Origin: an uncultured Candidatus Saccharibacteria bacterium
GTDB taxonomy: Bacteria; Patescibacteriota; Minisyncoccia; UBA6257; JAGOQP01
Length of the DNA: 55,733 nt
NCBI GenBank assembly: GCA_964420205.1
Contig: CAYQSO010000003.1
Span: 22,828 to 78,560, forward strand
Direction of reading: 5' to 3'
Position 1 is the stretch's first letter. Every line of letters begins with the position of its first letter. Both the position numbers and the translations under genes were made by a program. Of this stretch, positions 32,909 through 42,669 are shown piece after piece. Under the pieces are notes generated by a model, which saw only the letters and a list, made by a program, of their open reading frames with translations, was not told where the DNA came from and did no database searches.

Positions 32909-32943
32909 AAAAAATTCGTATAGTTTTAGAAATTTTTTAGAGG
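32909..32943 (+). promoter_or_regulatory. Conserved 35-bp leader motif, copy 3 (most divergent)
   Basis: aaaaaattcgtatagttttagaaattttttagagg; ends 7 nt before ATG 32951. Confidence 0.6.
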
Positions 32944-32950
32944 TATAATA

Positions 32951-33109
32951 ATGAATATTAGAGAAAAAATAAAACGTATAAATAGAAGAAATAGAGAACG
33001 ATATGAGTCTATTTTAAAAGCTAAAGCTGTTTCTCAGTATAAAAATACCTTAGTAAGGTCTTATCACTGGGACAAGCCAACAGTAGATAAGCCGCTATGG
33101 GAGATTTGA
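32951..33109 (+). CDS. Small basic hypothetical protein (52 aa)
   Basis: MNIREKIKRINRRNRERYES...; below track cutoff; first ORF after motif copy 3. Confidence 0.5.
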   Translation: MNIREKIKRINRRNRERYESILKAKAVSQYKNTLVRSYHWDKPTVDKPLWEI

Positions 33110-33111
33110 AA

Positions 33112-33576
33112 ATGTTTGAGACAGTATTAACGGTACTGGGAATTGCCCTTTTACTCTCAGTAGAGTTCTCATTAAGATTCTTAAGTAAACATAAGAATAA
33201 AATAGTATTGGGAGTACTAGCTTTGTTAGGAATTAAAAAAGTTTTTAAGCCTATTAAGTTAAAGGTTAAACAGAAGAAAGAGGACCCATATTCTTCTCAA
33301 GAGATTAAGAGATTTAAGATGTCTAAGGGCAAGGTTAAAGAGATGGTAAGAGCAGCTTTTATATCTTCTAGATATTATAATTCAGGTAACTTTGAGACAC
33401 AGTTTAATTATAATTTCCCATTAAGTTTAGAAAACTACTTACTCTGGAGATTCCCTTCTAAAGAAGATATTAAAGATGTTAATCTTAAGCTAGAAGAACT
33501 TCTGAGAAATAGAAGTATTATGTTAGAATGCCAAAGATGGTTAAGACAAGAAATAACGAAAGGAGCTAAATTATGA
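33112..33576 (+). CDS. Membrane-anchored hypothetical protein
   Basis: Track ORF 33097 trimmed to ATG 33112; two N-terminal hydrophobic helices. Confidence 0.65.
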   Translation: MFETVLTVLGIALLLSVEFSLRFLSKHKNKIVLGVLALLGIKKVFKPIKLKVKQKKEDPYSSQEIKRFKMSKGKVKEMVRAAFISSRYYNSGNFETQFNYNFPLSLENYLLWRFPSKEDIKDVNLKLEELLRNRSIMLECQRWLRQEITKGAKL

Positions 33577-33839
33577 GTAGATGGACAGTAGATCAATTGG
33601 ATAACACAGACGACTTAGCATTTATTATTTCAATATTGAATGAAAGAATTAATAAATTAGGTCCATATTCACCCTTAGCAAAGAAAATAAACAGAGCTAG
33701 AAGAAATATAGAAGAATTAAGAGAAATTGTTATCCAAGCTTACCAAGATAATAAGATGAGCGACACTAATTTACATAGAGTATATCGTATATTAATGTGG
33801 CAGATGTCAGATGAGCTAGGTAAAGAATTGGGGGGGTAA
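33573..33839 (+). CDS. Hypothetical protein
   Basis: 88 aa; aaggag SD upstream; ATGA overlap. Confidence 0.7.
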   Translation: MSRWTVDQLDNTDDLAFIISILNERINKLGPYSPLAKKINRARRNIEELREIVIQAYQDNKMSDTNLHRVYRILMWQMSDELGKELGG

Positions 33840-33846
33840 ACCCCCC
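33830..33846. other. G7-TAAA-C6 hairpin including the stop codon
   Basis: gggggggtaaacccccc. Confidence 0.8.
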
Positions 33847-33869
33847 TAAGAATTTAGAAAGGGATTAAA

Positions 33870-34991
33870 ATGCTTTTTAGTAAAACAGCTTATAATATTG
33901 AAATATCCCATATGATTGGAATGATTTTACAAAATCAGTCTGAAATAATACCTAATAAATTTACTAATAGGTATGATTGTTCCATGTTTATGGATAGGTT
34001 TATTAATAAAATAAATACACAGGAAGATATAGTAAAAGAAACAAAACCTTTATTAAAAGATATAAATAATATTGAATCTTATTTAGGGATACTTTGTAGC
34101 GAAGCCATAGAAAAAGGGTTCTATAAGACTACAGATGAAATATTATTTAATTTAATAACACAAGACAATTTAGATAACTGGTGTATTTCAGATATCAATG
34201 GAAGTAGACAGATATTTTGTGTTAAAAGCATGAAAGATATAATAGAATTATTAGAATTTGATACAGTTAATAATCTTGTTATAATGCCGGAAATTTGGTT
34301 TTCTCCCAATGTGTATAAAAAAGTGATTAAATTGTTAAAACCGTTCGACGTAGAAAGAACAAAAAAGAGTGGAAGAACTGCTATAAAAATTTTAAGCAAA
34401 GATTTTACAATAGAAGATGTTAAACAAATTCTATATGATTCACAAGAGCTTTGTGTTAGCGGTAAGTTCGATTTCTTCCCCACCCCCGATGAGCTTGTTA
34501 AAATTTGTCATGATTTATTAGAATATGAAGTAGGTAATTTAGTGTTAGAGCCTTCTGCCGGAACAGGTAATTTAATAAAAGATTTTCCATATAAAAGTAA
34601 TATTGTAACAGTTGAAGCAAATAAATTTTTCTGTAATATTTTAAAAAGAAAATACCCTGAAATAATAAATAAAAATTGTTTATTTGAGGAATTCAAAACA
34701 GAAAATTCTTTCGATAGAATTATAATGAATCCCCCATTTTCAAAACGACTTGATGCAAAACATATTTTAAAAGCATTTGATATGCTTACTAATGATGGTA
34801 TATTAGTAGCTATTCATTCTACCGGAATACTAAGTGGTTCTGATAAAAACTCTAAAGCATTTCAAAAATTATATGAAAAAAATGGGGTATTTCAGAAAGT
34901 TTATAAAGGGATGTTTGATAGTTCTGGGAAAGGAACTAAAATAGATGTAGTATTAAGTAAATTTAGGAAAGTTAATAATGAAAACATATAA
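33870..34991 (+). CDS. N6-adenine DNA methyltransferase (gamma class) with about 200-aa N-terminal domain of unknown function
   Basis: 373 aa; motif I LEPSAGTGNL precedes motif IV IIMNPPFS. Confidence 0.75.
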   Translation: MLFSKTAYNIEISHMIGMILQNQSEIIPNKFTNRYDCSMFMDRFINKINTQEDIVKETKPLLKDINNIESYLGILCSEAIEKGFYKTTDEILFNLITQDNLDNWCISDINGSRQIFCVKSMKDIIELLEFDTVNNLVIMPEIWFSPNVYKKVIKLLKPFDVERTKKSGRTAIKILSKDFTIEDVKQILYDSQELCVSGKFDFFPTPDELVKICHDLLEYEVGNLVLEPSAGTGNLIKDFPYKSNIVTVEANKFFCNILKRKYPEIINKNCLFEEFKTENSFDRIIMNPPFSKRLDAKHILKAFDMLTNDGILVAIHSTGILSGSDKNSKAFQKLYEKNGVFQKVYKGMFDSSGKGTKIDVVLSKFRKVNNENI

Positions 34992-35307
34992 GATCGTAGA
35001 ATATGTAAATGGTAAAATAAAAACACTATTTCATGGAGTAGATGGTTCTAGAACAGTTGACACTGAAAAATGGATTGAGGCTAAAGTAGGGTACGGGATA
35101 GACGGTTCTGGACAAAAGGAGTACTTGCATGGATGGCATTCTTTTGCTACAATAGAATTAGCTAAGAAATATTTAAATAATTTTAGAGCACGTAAAGAAT
35201 TATTGAGAATTGCTGAATGTGAAATAACAGAAGATAAGTGGGAAAAACCAACAAACTCTGATGTAATATTAAGTAGATTTATCAAGTTTATTAGTATAAT
35301 AAATTAG
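34978..35307 (+). CDS. Hypothetical protein
   Basis: 109 aa; overlaps the methyltransferase gene end by 14 nt. Confidence 0.65.
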   Translation: MKTYKIVEYVNGKIKTLFHGVDGSRTVDTEKWIEAKVGYGIDGSGQKEYLHGWHSFATIELAKKYLNNFRARKELLRIAECEITEDKWEKPTNSDVILSRFIKFISIIN

Positions 35308-35324
35308 GGGGGCGGAGAATAACC

Positions 35325-35681
35325 ATGTTAAAAACAGAAATCAAACAAATAGAATGCAAAACAGCGACAAATAATTTATTAGAAAAATATCATTTAATAA
35401 TAGATGATATTAATTTTTGCAATGGAAAAGGTTATATTCAATTAACACAAAAAGAATATTTAGAGGGAAAGATAGAATTAGAACAGGATTTAAAACAAGA
35501 ATTTCCTTCTTTAAATATAAATAATCAAATTACAGGGAGATATTTAGGTGATTCAAATTCCTCGTTATATCCCATATTTGTAAAAATAATGATACAAATA
35601 GACGAAGAAACATTACGTATGTACGGTCAACCTTATTTTAAATTAAACCCTGATAAAATAATAGGTGGGCAATTAAATTAA
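35325..35681 (+). CDS. Hypothetical protein
   Basis: 118 aa; G6/ggag SD upstream. Confidence 0.7.
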   Translation: MLKTEIKQIECKTATNNLLEKYHLIIDDINFCNGKGYIQLTQKEYLEGKIELEQDLKQEFPSLNINNQITGRYLGDSNSSLYPIFVKIMIQIDEETLRMYGQPYFKLNPDKIIGGQLN

Positions 35682-35718
35682 TATTTGATAATATAATAAA
35701 TTAAGGAGTAGAAACAAT

Positions 35719-36069
35719 ATGACAGTTCAAATTACACTAACAGATGAGCAGTTTGAGAAACTATATAACGATTTTAGTTTTCGGCAGCAGATATGTTCTA
35801 GTATAACGTCTAAGATGGAGCTAGATAACTTTTACAATAAGAAAATTGTTGTTAACGAGATTTGTAATATTGTGGCGAAAAGTTTAATGTCAGATGCTGA
35901 CATGGAAATACAAGAAAAAGTAGACGAAGCTATTAAAGAAACAAAAATTAACATTAATAAGAAAATTGTAAAAGAAGTAGATGAAGCTTTTTCTAACTTA
36001 ATTAATTCTAAGTTTGGTAGAACAATAGCGTATTATGTAGCAAATGCAAATAAGAAGGAGAATGTATAA
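35719..36069 (+). CDS. Hypothetical protein
   Basis: 116 aa; aaggag SD upstream. Confidence 0.7.
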   Translation: MTVQITLTDEQFEKLYNDFSFRQQICSSITSKMELDNFYNKKIVVNEICNIVAKSLMSDADMEIQEKVDEAIKETKININKKIVKEVDEAFSNLINSKFGRTIAYYVANANKKENV

Positions 36070-36473
36070 TGTATAATATGTTAATAGTGAACAATGAATA
36101 TTATGAAAATCCTACATTTAGCACGAGTGTGGCTGAATTAATTTTAGATTATAAAGAAGGGAAGAAAACTGGTAAAGACCCTAACCTAGAACGGTGGCAA
36201 AAAGAGTTAGTTGAAATGGCTAAGTATGTCCTTGATCTAGAAGAAACAAAACAGTATGATTTAAAAATGGTCAGTTACTTTACTAACGATGATAAAACTT
36301 CTTTTCGTCTGCAACTATTTGGCGAATATTCTGTAGTACGTGGCATAATTAAAACATTATACGATGCGTACAATCCCCAGTCTTCTTTGAGAGACAGAAA
36401 GTATTATGTAGCCGATCCGATAGCAGAGACATTTAAGGATAAGATTGTTTCATTTTTTAATAAATCTAGATAA
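36069..36473 (+). CDS. Hypothetical protein
   Basis: 134 aa; TAATG overlap. Confidence 0.7.
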   Translation: MYNMLIVNNEYYENPTFSTSVAELILDYKEGKKTGKDPNLERWQKELVEMAKYVLDLEETKQYDLKMVSYFTNDDKTSFRLQLFGEYSVVRGIIKTLYDAYNPQSSLRDRKYYVADPIAETFKDKIVSFFNKSR

Positions 36474-36482
36474 GAGTTTATA

Positions 36483-36590
36483 ATGGAATTTATTTTTATA
36501 GTCTTATTTTTACCACTAATTTTCTCCCTTGTATTTTCTCTTATATTTCTTTTGATTTACTTTACTTATAAGATTATAAAGGAGTACTAA
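36483..36590 (+). CDS. 35-aa hydrophobic mini-protein
   Basis: MEFIFIVLFLPLIFSLVFSLIFLLIYFTYKIIKEY; its stop abuts ATG 36591. Confidence 0.45.
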   Translation: MEFIFIVLFLPLIFSLVFSLIFLLIYFTYKIIKEY

Positions 36591-38018
36591 ATGCTCAAAA
36601 AAGATAAAATAGAATATAATATAACTAATTTTTATACTATAGAAAAAATGTTAAATATGTATAATTATACGCTAGCTTCTAAAAAGAAGATACTAAGTTA
36701 TCTTTATTATAAGCCAGAACCTTTATTAGAAAAATACATATTCCCAGAAACAAATAGACTCTGGTTTAAAATAACTCCGCAAATGAGAATGTTGCTAAGA
36801 CAACAGACTACAAACAAAGCTGTTAGTGAAACGAAGTACTTAGTTATTTCAAGAAATCCGGTTGATTTCATGATGTGCTCTACTGGTCAAGGTTTTCATA
36901 GTTGCTATGCCTTAGATAGTCGTTCTAGTAACGCTTGGTCATTACCTTCGCTTCTTTGTGATAAAAATAGATTTCTTATTTATTTAACTAATGCAAAGTT
37001 TAAGAATTTTGTACTTGATGATGAAGGAGATATGAAATTCCGTTATTTAAAAATTAAAGCTAGGTGCTGGGGTCTCTTAACAAATAAAGATATTTTATTT
37101 TTGAATAAAGACTATTCAGAATCATCTGTTGATCTGCAACCCCTATTAAACGAGCTATCTATACCATCGACACATTATATAGACGCTTTAAGTAAATATC
37201 CCTTAGATTTTCCTAGGGGGAAATCTAAAAAAGAGTATATTAAAGGTAGTATTATTGAGTTAGAAAAAGGGAATTTTGCGGTATTTCCTATTTTAGATAA
37301 TGGCATAAAATTTGTTCATTATAAAAGAAAAGTATACTATGGGTTCGGAGTAATTAATAAACGTTCATTTGAACCAAGTAGATTGTCCAATAGTAAATCA
37401 TTCTTACAACTTGTTTCAACAAGAGATAAATGTTCTCATTGTAAGAAGATATATAAAATAGAAAAAATGGAACGTACAGAGGACGGTTTGTTTTGCCCTA
37501 CTTGTACAAAGAATTTTATTAGGAAATGTAAAACTTGTGGTAGAAAGTTTTTTGAACCATCTAATGATAAAGTAGTCAATTGTTGTTATCATTGTGGAAC
37601 ACAATATCAAATAAAGGTGATAGAAAATCTTTCTACAGGAACTATTGTAAGAGTTCAACTTGACCCTAATTATAGGGGGATTTGGGGAGACGAGAGATTA
37701 ATTGATTTTAATAGATCAACTGCATATCATATACAAGATAAAACATCTTATATGTTATCTAAGACAACTGAGACTGCTAATATCTTAAGTACTTTTGGGA
37801 CAGATTACCCTTATGTTAGAGATTATTTTATTGAGGAAGATGAAAACGGTCTTAAGCATTTTTATTCGTGGGATTATAAATACGAAGAGAATACGAATAC
37901 TGTAGAAGTTCGTGTATTAGCTCATAGAATATATAATAGAACTTATACAGATGCTGATTTTGAAAAACCTCTACCAGAAATAAGACCAAAACCCGAATTT
38001 CAATTAATGGTAATTTAG
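36591..38018 (+). CDS. Large hypothetical protein with internal multi-CxxC zinc-finger cluster
   Basis: 475 aa; CSHCKK..CPTC..CKTCGR..CCYHCG. Confidence 0.75.
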   Translation: MLKKDKIEYNITNFYTIEKMLNMYNYTLASKKKILSYLYYKPEPLLEKYIFPETNRLWFKITPQMRMLLRQQTTNKAVSETKYLVISRNPVDFMMCSTGQGFHSCYALDSRSSNAWSLPSLLCDKNRFLIYLTNAKFKNFVLDDEGDMKFRYLKIKARCWGLLTNKDILFLNKDYSESSVDLQPLLNELSIPSTHYIDALSKYPLDFPRGKSKKEYIKGSIIELEKGNFAVFPILDNGIKFVHYKRKVYYGFGVINKRSFEPSRLSNSKSFLQLVSTRDKCSHCKKIYKIEKMERTEDGLFCPTCTKNFIRKCKTCGRKFFEPSNDKVVNCCYHCGTQYQIKVIENLSTGTIVRVQLDPNYRGIWGDERLIDFNRSTAYHIQDKTSYMLSKTTETANILSTFGTDYPYVRDYFIEEDENGLKHFYSWDYKYEENTNTVEVRVLAHRIYNRTYTDADFEKPLPEIRPKPEFQLMVI

Positions 38019-38050
38019 AAGGACGTATAAGAAGAGGAAAGTATGAAAAA

Positions 38051-39076
38051 ATGATTAAAAGAATAGATTTTACATGGAGTGATATTCAATATAAAGATTA
38101 TATTATATTAGAATTTATGGAAGATGTGTGGGAATATATAGAAGGTTGTCTTTCAGAAGAGGAAAAGGAAATTTTCCATAAAACTTTACTAGAATATCTA
38201 GACGAATGTTTTGGATTAGATAGTGTCTCTTCTTATATACAAGAACACTCTGAAAGAAGTGGTTTCTTAAATCTATCTATCCTAATGGCAGAATCTGACC
38301 TTTGCTCCCTGCTAGAAATAATGGATTCAATAGGAGGAATACTTGGGGGGAAATTTAAAAACTTTGTAAAGTATTCTGGGCAAGGGCAAGTAATTTTAAT
38401 AAATAAAATGGGCGGTTATTTTAATACACATCTCAATAAATTATCCAATATAAAAATTTTACCAAAAATAAGAAACCTCTCTAAGAGGGAGAGTATTAAT
38501 AAAAAAGAATTTGAAAAAAGATGTAACGATTTTATAAAGGATTTTACTAACTCACCTACTACAGATTATAAATTGGTAGAAGAAATAATAAACGATTTAG
38601 GTTTTGTTAAAACCCATAAAGCTTGTGTAAGTATAAATGGATTATCTATGGGATTAGAAGAGATTTTTGAAAGTTCTGTATATACTTGTGCTACTATTCG
38701 TTTTATCTATTGTACTAAGTCTAGAAGAGTATATGAAATAATAAACGAATATTATAAACAGGTATCACATAGAGATATAATTTGTCATTTTAAATTAGAC
38801 GAAAACTATTGTTATAAGTTAGATATTAATACAGAATATGGAAGATATAGGTCATTTAAACCATACATGGGAATTAGATGGTTGCGTACAAGTGATATTT
38901 ATAATGCTCTTCCGCATGTTTTGGGGGATTTAGAAGAAAGATGTCCATTATCTTTTCAAGATCTCGAACGAATTGAACAGTATGTAGATAATGAAAGAAA
39001 AAAATTCGTACGTAAGTCCATCGAGTTAAATAGAATTTATGGTTTAGAAGAAGATATTGAATTATTAGGTAAATAG
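38051..39076 (+). CDS. Hypothetical protein
   Basis: 341 aa; gagga SD upstream. Confidence 0.75.
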   Translation: MIKRIDFTWSDIQYKDYIILEFMEDVWEYIEGCLSEEEKEIFHKTLLEYLDECFGLDSVSSYIQEHSERSGFLNLSILMAESDLCSLLEIMDSIGGILGGKFKNFVKYSGQGQVILINKMGGYFNTHLNKLSNIKILPKIRNLSKRESINKKEFEKRCNDFIKDFTNSPTTDYKLVEEIINDLGFVKTHKACVSINGLSMGLEEIFESSVYTCATIRFIYCTKSRRVYEIINEYYKQVSHRDIICHFKLDENYCYKLDINTEYGRYRSFKPYMGIRWLRTSDIYNALPHVLGDLEERCPLSFQDLERIEQYVDNERKKFVRKSIELNRIYGLEEDIELLGK

Positions 39077-39080
39077 CATA

Positions 39081-39185
39081 ATGAAAACTGAAGAAGAAAA
39101 ATGGTTAACAAAAACTAAAGCACGGCAGTTTAATATAGTGAATCACGTAAACTATGATTGTTTACGCTTGACAGAAATAGAGTAA
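39081..39185 (+). CDS. Small hypothetical protein (34 aa)
   Basis: Below track cutoff; weak support. Confidence 0.3.
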   Translation: MKTEEEKWLTKTKARQFNIVNHVNYDCLRLTEIE

Positions 39186-39242
39186 TTAAAATCAAATATT
39201 TTAATGTTAATAGAACTGAAGAAATAGTAAGGAGAAAATAGT

Positions 39243-39521
39243 ATGGGCGGGAGTTCAAAAAATTACGATCCGTATACTAGAAGAGACGATACACGTAAGT
39301 ATTGTAGTGCGTGTAATAAATACACCGACGCAGAAACAAAATCGATAAACATAGGTAGTTTTTTAGATATGGTTTTTTTCAAATGCAGGGGATGCGGGTT
39401 TAATACCTCCAAACCCGAATATAAACCCTGCGGGAAAAAACTACCCGACAATAAGTCATATCCGTGGTATAAGAAAATATTTAAGGAATTATTAAATTAT
39501 TTATTTAAAAAGAGGAGATAG
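39243..39521 (+). CDS. Small zinc-ribbon protein
   Basis: 92 aa; CSACNK ... CRGCGF; aaggag SD upstream. Confidence 0.7.
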   Translation: MGGSSKNYDPYTRRDDTRKYCSACNKYTDAETKSINIGSFLDMVFFKCRGCGFNTSKPEYKPCGKKLPDNKSYPWYKKIFKELLNYLFKKRR

Positions 39522-39553
39522 TAATATGGAAAAAGTAAAGAAATATATAGGAA

Positions 39554-39820
39554 ATGAGAATGACAGAACCTAAAGCAAATTGGATACATCCTCAACTGGA
39601 AAATTATAGCTCCTTAGAAAAGTTTTATTTTGGTGATCAAATAAAATTAAATGTTATTGTGTACCCATCAAAAGATGTTTTTGAGTATAAAGTATCATTG
39701 CAATATAATGGAATAGATTTTTATACTGTTGAATCACCGAGATATTACAATAAGGAAATAGAAGCTCAGGTAGAAGCAGAAAAACACGTAGAAGAAATAT
39801 TCGGTAGGTTTAAGATTTAA
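39554..39820 (+). CDS. Hypothetical protein
   Basis: 88 aa. Start uncertain: a 15-codon ORF with a good SD starts at 39526 in another frame. Confidence 0.6.
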   Translation: MRMTEPKANWIHPQLENYSSLEKFYFGDQIKLNVIVYPSKDVFEYKVSLQYNGIDFYTVESPRYYNKEIEAQVEAEKHVEEIFGRFKI

Positions 39821-40218
39821 TGAAAATAGTTGATAAAGAAATATATAAAGTACATTATTCAGGTTATACAGGGCATATAGTAGACAATGTATGTTTAGAG
39901 TTAGTTTATAAGAATGGTATATGCGTATTAGAAAAAGATACTCAGTATGTTCATTTGACCATAGAAGAAGCACGAAAACTTATTAGAAGATTTAATCTTT
40001 TTGGAGGAATTATAAATAGTACTCAATTTGTTACAGTTGGGAATAAGAGAGATGGAAGTTATATTGCTATAGGGAATAAAATTCCTAGAAAAAGAAAAAA
40101 GAAACTTAAGAATTATTATGATAACTATTTTTCAAATATTTTCAAATATTTGAAAGATGATTACCATAATAAACAAAATCATATTTACAAACATGAAGAA
40201 ATAAATTATAATATATAA
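39820..40218 (+). CDS. Hypothetical basic protein
   Basis: 132 aa; TAATG overlap. Confidence 0.7.
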   Translation: MKIVDKEIYKVHYSGYTGHIVDNVCLELVYKNGICVLEKDTQYVHLTIEEARKLIRRFNLFGGIINSTQFVTVGNKRDGSYIAIGNKIPRKRKKKLKNYYDNYFSNIFKYLKDDYHNKQNHIYKHEEINYNI

Positions 40219-40257
40219 TAGTTTAAACTATTTAAATTTATACGGAGACAAGTAAAC

Positions 40258-40467
40258 ATGGGAACGATGAATTTGGATTTTGAAAGATTTAAACAAAAAG
40301 CAGATGAAGCAGTAGATAAGATTGATAAATTAATAGGTAATTCTTTGGAAGAAGCTATAGAAGAAAATATAGAAGACATCTATTTTTTTGAGGAATTACA
40401 AGAAGTTTTAGAAGAATTAAGAGAGATTGCAGTCATAGTGTCTTCTATAGAAATAAGTGATAGCTAA
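40258..40467 (+). CDS. Hypothetical acidic protein
   Basis: 69 aa; ggag SD upstream. Confidence 0.65.
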   Translation: MGTMNLDFERFKQKADEAVDKIDKLIGNSLEEAIEENIEDIYFFEELQEVLEELREIAVIVSSIEISDS

Positions 40468-40519
40468 TACAAATCTCACAGCTTAGACTATGCTTAGATT
40501 ACAGACTAGTTTTTTAAGT

Positions 40520-40554
40520 AAAAAACTCTAAAAATTTCAGAAATTTTTGAAAGG
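40520..40554 (+). promoter_or_regulatory. Conserved 35-bp leader motif, copy 4
   Basis: aaaaaactctaaaaatttcagaaatttttgaaagg; followed by a 22-codon ORF (ATG 40573) and then gene 40687. Confidence 0.7.
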
Positions 40555-40686
40555 TTTTCTTACAATATTATCATGATTTTTTTCAAGAGTTATCTACTCA
40601 GAAGTATAATAACCCTGAAGATATATGTAGGTTACTGTTAAAATTAGATTTCGAAGATATGAGCCATAAAAAAATGGGAGAGGAAA

Positions 40687-40974
40687 ATGATGAATACAAC
40701 TTATAAACAGCTTAAAAATTATTTTCACAACGAACTCGGATTGAGTAAGCAGTGGATAAGAGAATTTACAGAGGAGATTATAAAAGAAGAAGTTCGCTCT
40801 TATATTGTAGATACGGGACGTTACGGAAATGTAAACCGTATTATTATTCAAGCTGTTAAACAATCGTTAAACACACAGTATCATACAAACAATGCAATAA
40901 AAGATTGTATAAAAGAATTAGTAGATGAAATGATAGATATTAACGTAGTTATAAAGAAAGACACAGGTGAATAA
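40687..40974 (+). CDS. Hypothetical protein
   Basis: 95 aa; gggagagg SD upstream. Confidence 0.7.
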   Translation: MMNTTYKQLKNYFHNELGLSKQWIREFTEEIIKEEVRSYIVDTGRYGNVNRIIIQAVKQSLNTQYHTNNAIKDCIKELVDEMIDINVVIKKDTGE

Positions 40975-41283
40975 ATGGGATTAATGACAGATAGATTTAT
41001 ACATACATTACAAACATATATAACAACACATCTTGCTAGAGTTTTCGATGATAAGAGTTCTTTAAAATTTCCCGATTATGAAAATAATGCTCTTGAACAA
41101 AGGGAGCAGTTTATGCTTAGTGAACTTCTTAAATATAAAAAGTTTCTTGATACAGTAGAAGAAAATTATTATGAATTGTATAAAAGAGTGGTAGATCCAC
41201 CTTCATTAGAACAAGCATATGATAAATATGTGAAAAAAGAAGAACAGCAACAACAATATAAAATAGAAATCAGAGACAACTAA
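40975..41283 (+). CDS. Hypothetical protein
   Basis: 102 aa; abuts the upstream stop. Confidence 0.7.
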   Translation: MGLMTDRFIHTLQTYITTHLARVFDDKSSLKFPDYENNALEQREQFMLSELLKYKKFLDTVEENYYELYKRVVDPPSLEQAYDKYVKKEEQQQQYKIEIRDN

Positions 41284-41343
41284 AACTAATGAAAGCAATA
41301 GTGCAACTAAATACAAAAGCTGTAATTAAGGAGTAGGATAATA

Positions 41344-41580
41344 ATGTCTGAAGAATCAGTAGTTAATAATTACCACCCATTTGATAATGCCCCTTTAACG
41401 TATAAGGAAGTTAAAGAAGTACTGAAGATAGCATGGAAACACTTAAATAGATATTATGGTGTTTGTAAAGGTTGTGAATTTGATAAAGAATATTGTAGTG
41501 ACTACAATTGTCATTCGTATAATATTTTCGAAGTATGTTTTGAAGACTATTTAATGAAGAGGTGTGATAAAAATGGATAA
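41344..41580 (+). CDS. Small Cys-rich hypothetical protein
   Basis: 78 aa; aaggag SD upstream. Confidence 0.7.
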   Translation: MSEESVVNNYHPFDNAPLTYKEVKEVLKIAWKHLNRYYGVCKGCEFDKEYCSDYNCHSYNIFEVCFEDYLMKRCDKNG

Positions 41581-41692
41581 GGATATTATGTTAGAACAAA
41601 TTATTGATATTCTTCTTCTTTCCGTTATAGTTTTATGTGTGTTAACTTTACTATGTACTTGTTTTGGACAATGTTTAGAATTAATAGGTTAG
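41573..41692 (+). CDS. 39-aa hydrophobic mini-protein
   Basis: MDKDIMLEQIIDILLLSVIVLCVLTLLCTCFGQCLELIG; its TAG stop runs into the G9 tract. Confidence 0.45.
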   Translation: MDKDIMLEQIIDILLLSVIVLCVLTLLCTCFGQCLELIG

Positions 41693-41700
41693 GGGGGGGG
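41692..41700. repeat. G9 homopolymer tract
   Basis: Nine consecutive G between the TAG of the 41573 ORF and ATG 41711; longest G/C run in the window. Confidence 0.95.
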
Positions 41701-41710
41701 CAGTGGTAAA

Positions 41711-42046
41711 ATGGAATTAGCAATAATTTTTACAATAGTAGATAATAAAATATTTAAGGTAAAATCATATCCTTTTATGGAAGAAGCTATACAAAATTTT
41801 CAACAGTACAAAAAAGACATTTCTTCTAAATACACACTAGTACATGATTCTACTTTATCTTTTTCATGGGTAGAAAACAAGGATATGATGTATACTTATA
41901 GAGCAGAACTTGTAATAGAAAGCTTTTTAAAATTAGCTAAAGTAATTAACTTAGGTTTTCATGAAAATATAGACAAAGAAGAACTTCATCAGTTTAGAAA
42001 CCATATAGAGGAATTACGAAGTAGTATAATTAGAGAAAATATTTGA
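41711..42046 (+). CDS. Hypothetical protein
   Basis: 111 aa; the only SD candidate is the G9 tract, 10 nt upstream. Confidence 0.7.
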   Translation: MELAIIFTIVDNKIFKVKSYPFMEEAIQNFQQYKKDISSKYTLVHDSTLSFSWVENKDMMYTYRAELVIESFLKLAKVINLGFHENIDKEELHQFRNHIEELRSSIIRENI

Positions 42047-42098
42047 CATACTATGAAAATGTTGATAAACTTAGAATAGTTTAATAGGAGATTCGATA

Positions 42099-42332
42099 GT
42101 GGGCTTTCTTAAAATAGTAGTCGATGAAATTATAGAAATTATAGAAACTATTATAGAAATTATAGCAATAGATTTAATAGGGTCTTTTTTAAACTTAATA
42201 GGATATTCTGTAATTCCTAAAGAGGATTTAAAACAGATTAAAAAAGATAAAGAAAAATATTTTAAAAAGTATATTGATGAACATATTCAATTAAATAATT
42301 TATTATTAAAAGAGTTGGAGGAACGTGTATAA
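42099..42332 (+). CDS. Hypothetical protein (GTG start)
   Basis: 77 aa; aggag 7 nt upstream of the GTG. Confidence 0.6.
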   Translation: MGFLKIVVDEIIEIIETIIEIIAIDLIGSFLNLIGYSVIPKEDLKQIKKDKEKYFKKYIDEHIQLNNLLLKELEERV

Positions 42333-42333
42333 A

Positions 42334-42669
42334 ATGAAAAAAGATAAAATTGTAAATTTTAGTGATAAGAAGCTTAATAAAGAAATCTCAGATTTAAGAG
42401 ATTTAATTTTAGGAACTCTCCCAGAAGAGATACATCCGGCAGAAGTTTCTAAAATAGGGTTCTTATCAGTTTATGCTGGTTATGATATACTTAGGGGTTT
42501 ATTGGGACTCGTAGAAGAAGACCAACAAAACGAAATAGCTAAGATATCTGTAGAAGAATTTTTTAATATCTTAGAGGAATTTAAACACCTTTTAGAAAAA
42601 GATTATGGAAATATTAATTTAGATTTAAAATTAACGAGAAAAAGGGGGTGGAAAAATGCAAACAAATAA
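42334..42669 (+). CDS. Hypothetical protein
   Basis: Track ORF 42325 trimmed to ATG 42334. Confidence 0.65.
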   Translation: MKKDKIVNFSDKKLNKEISDLRDLILGTLPEEIHPAEVSKIGFLSVYAGYDILRGLLGLVEEDQQNEIAKISVEEFFNILEEFKHLLEKDYGNINLDLKLTRKRGWKNANK

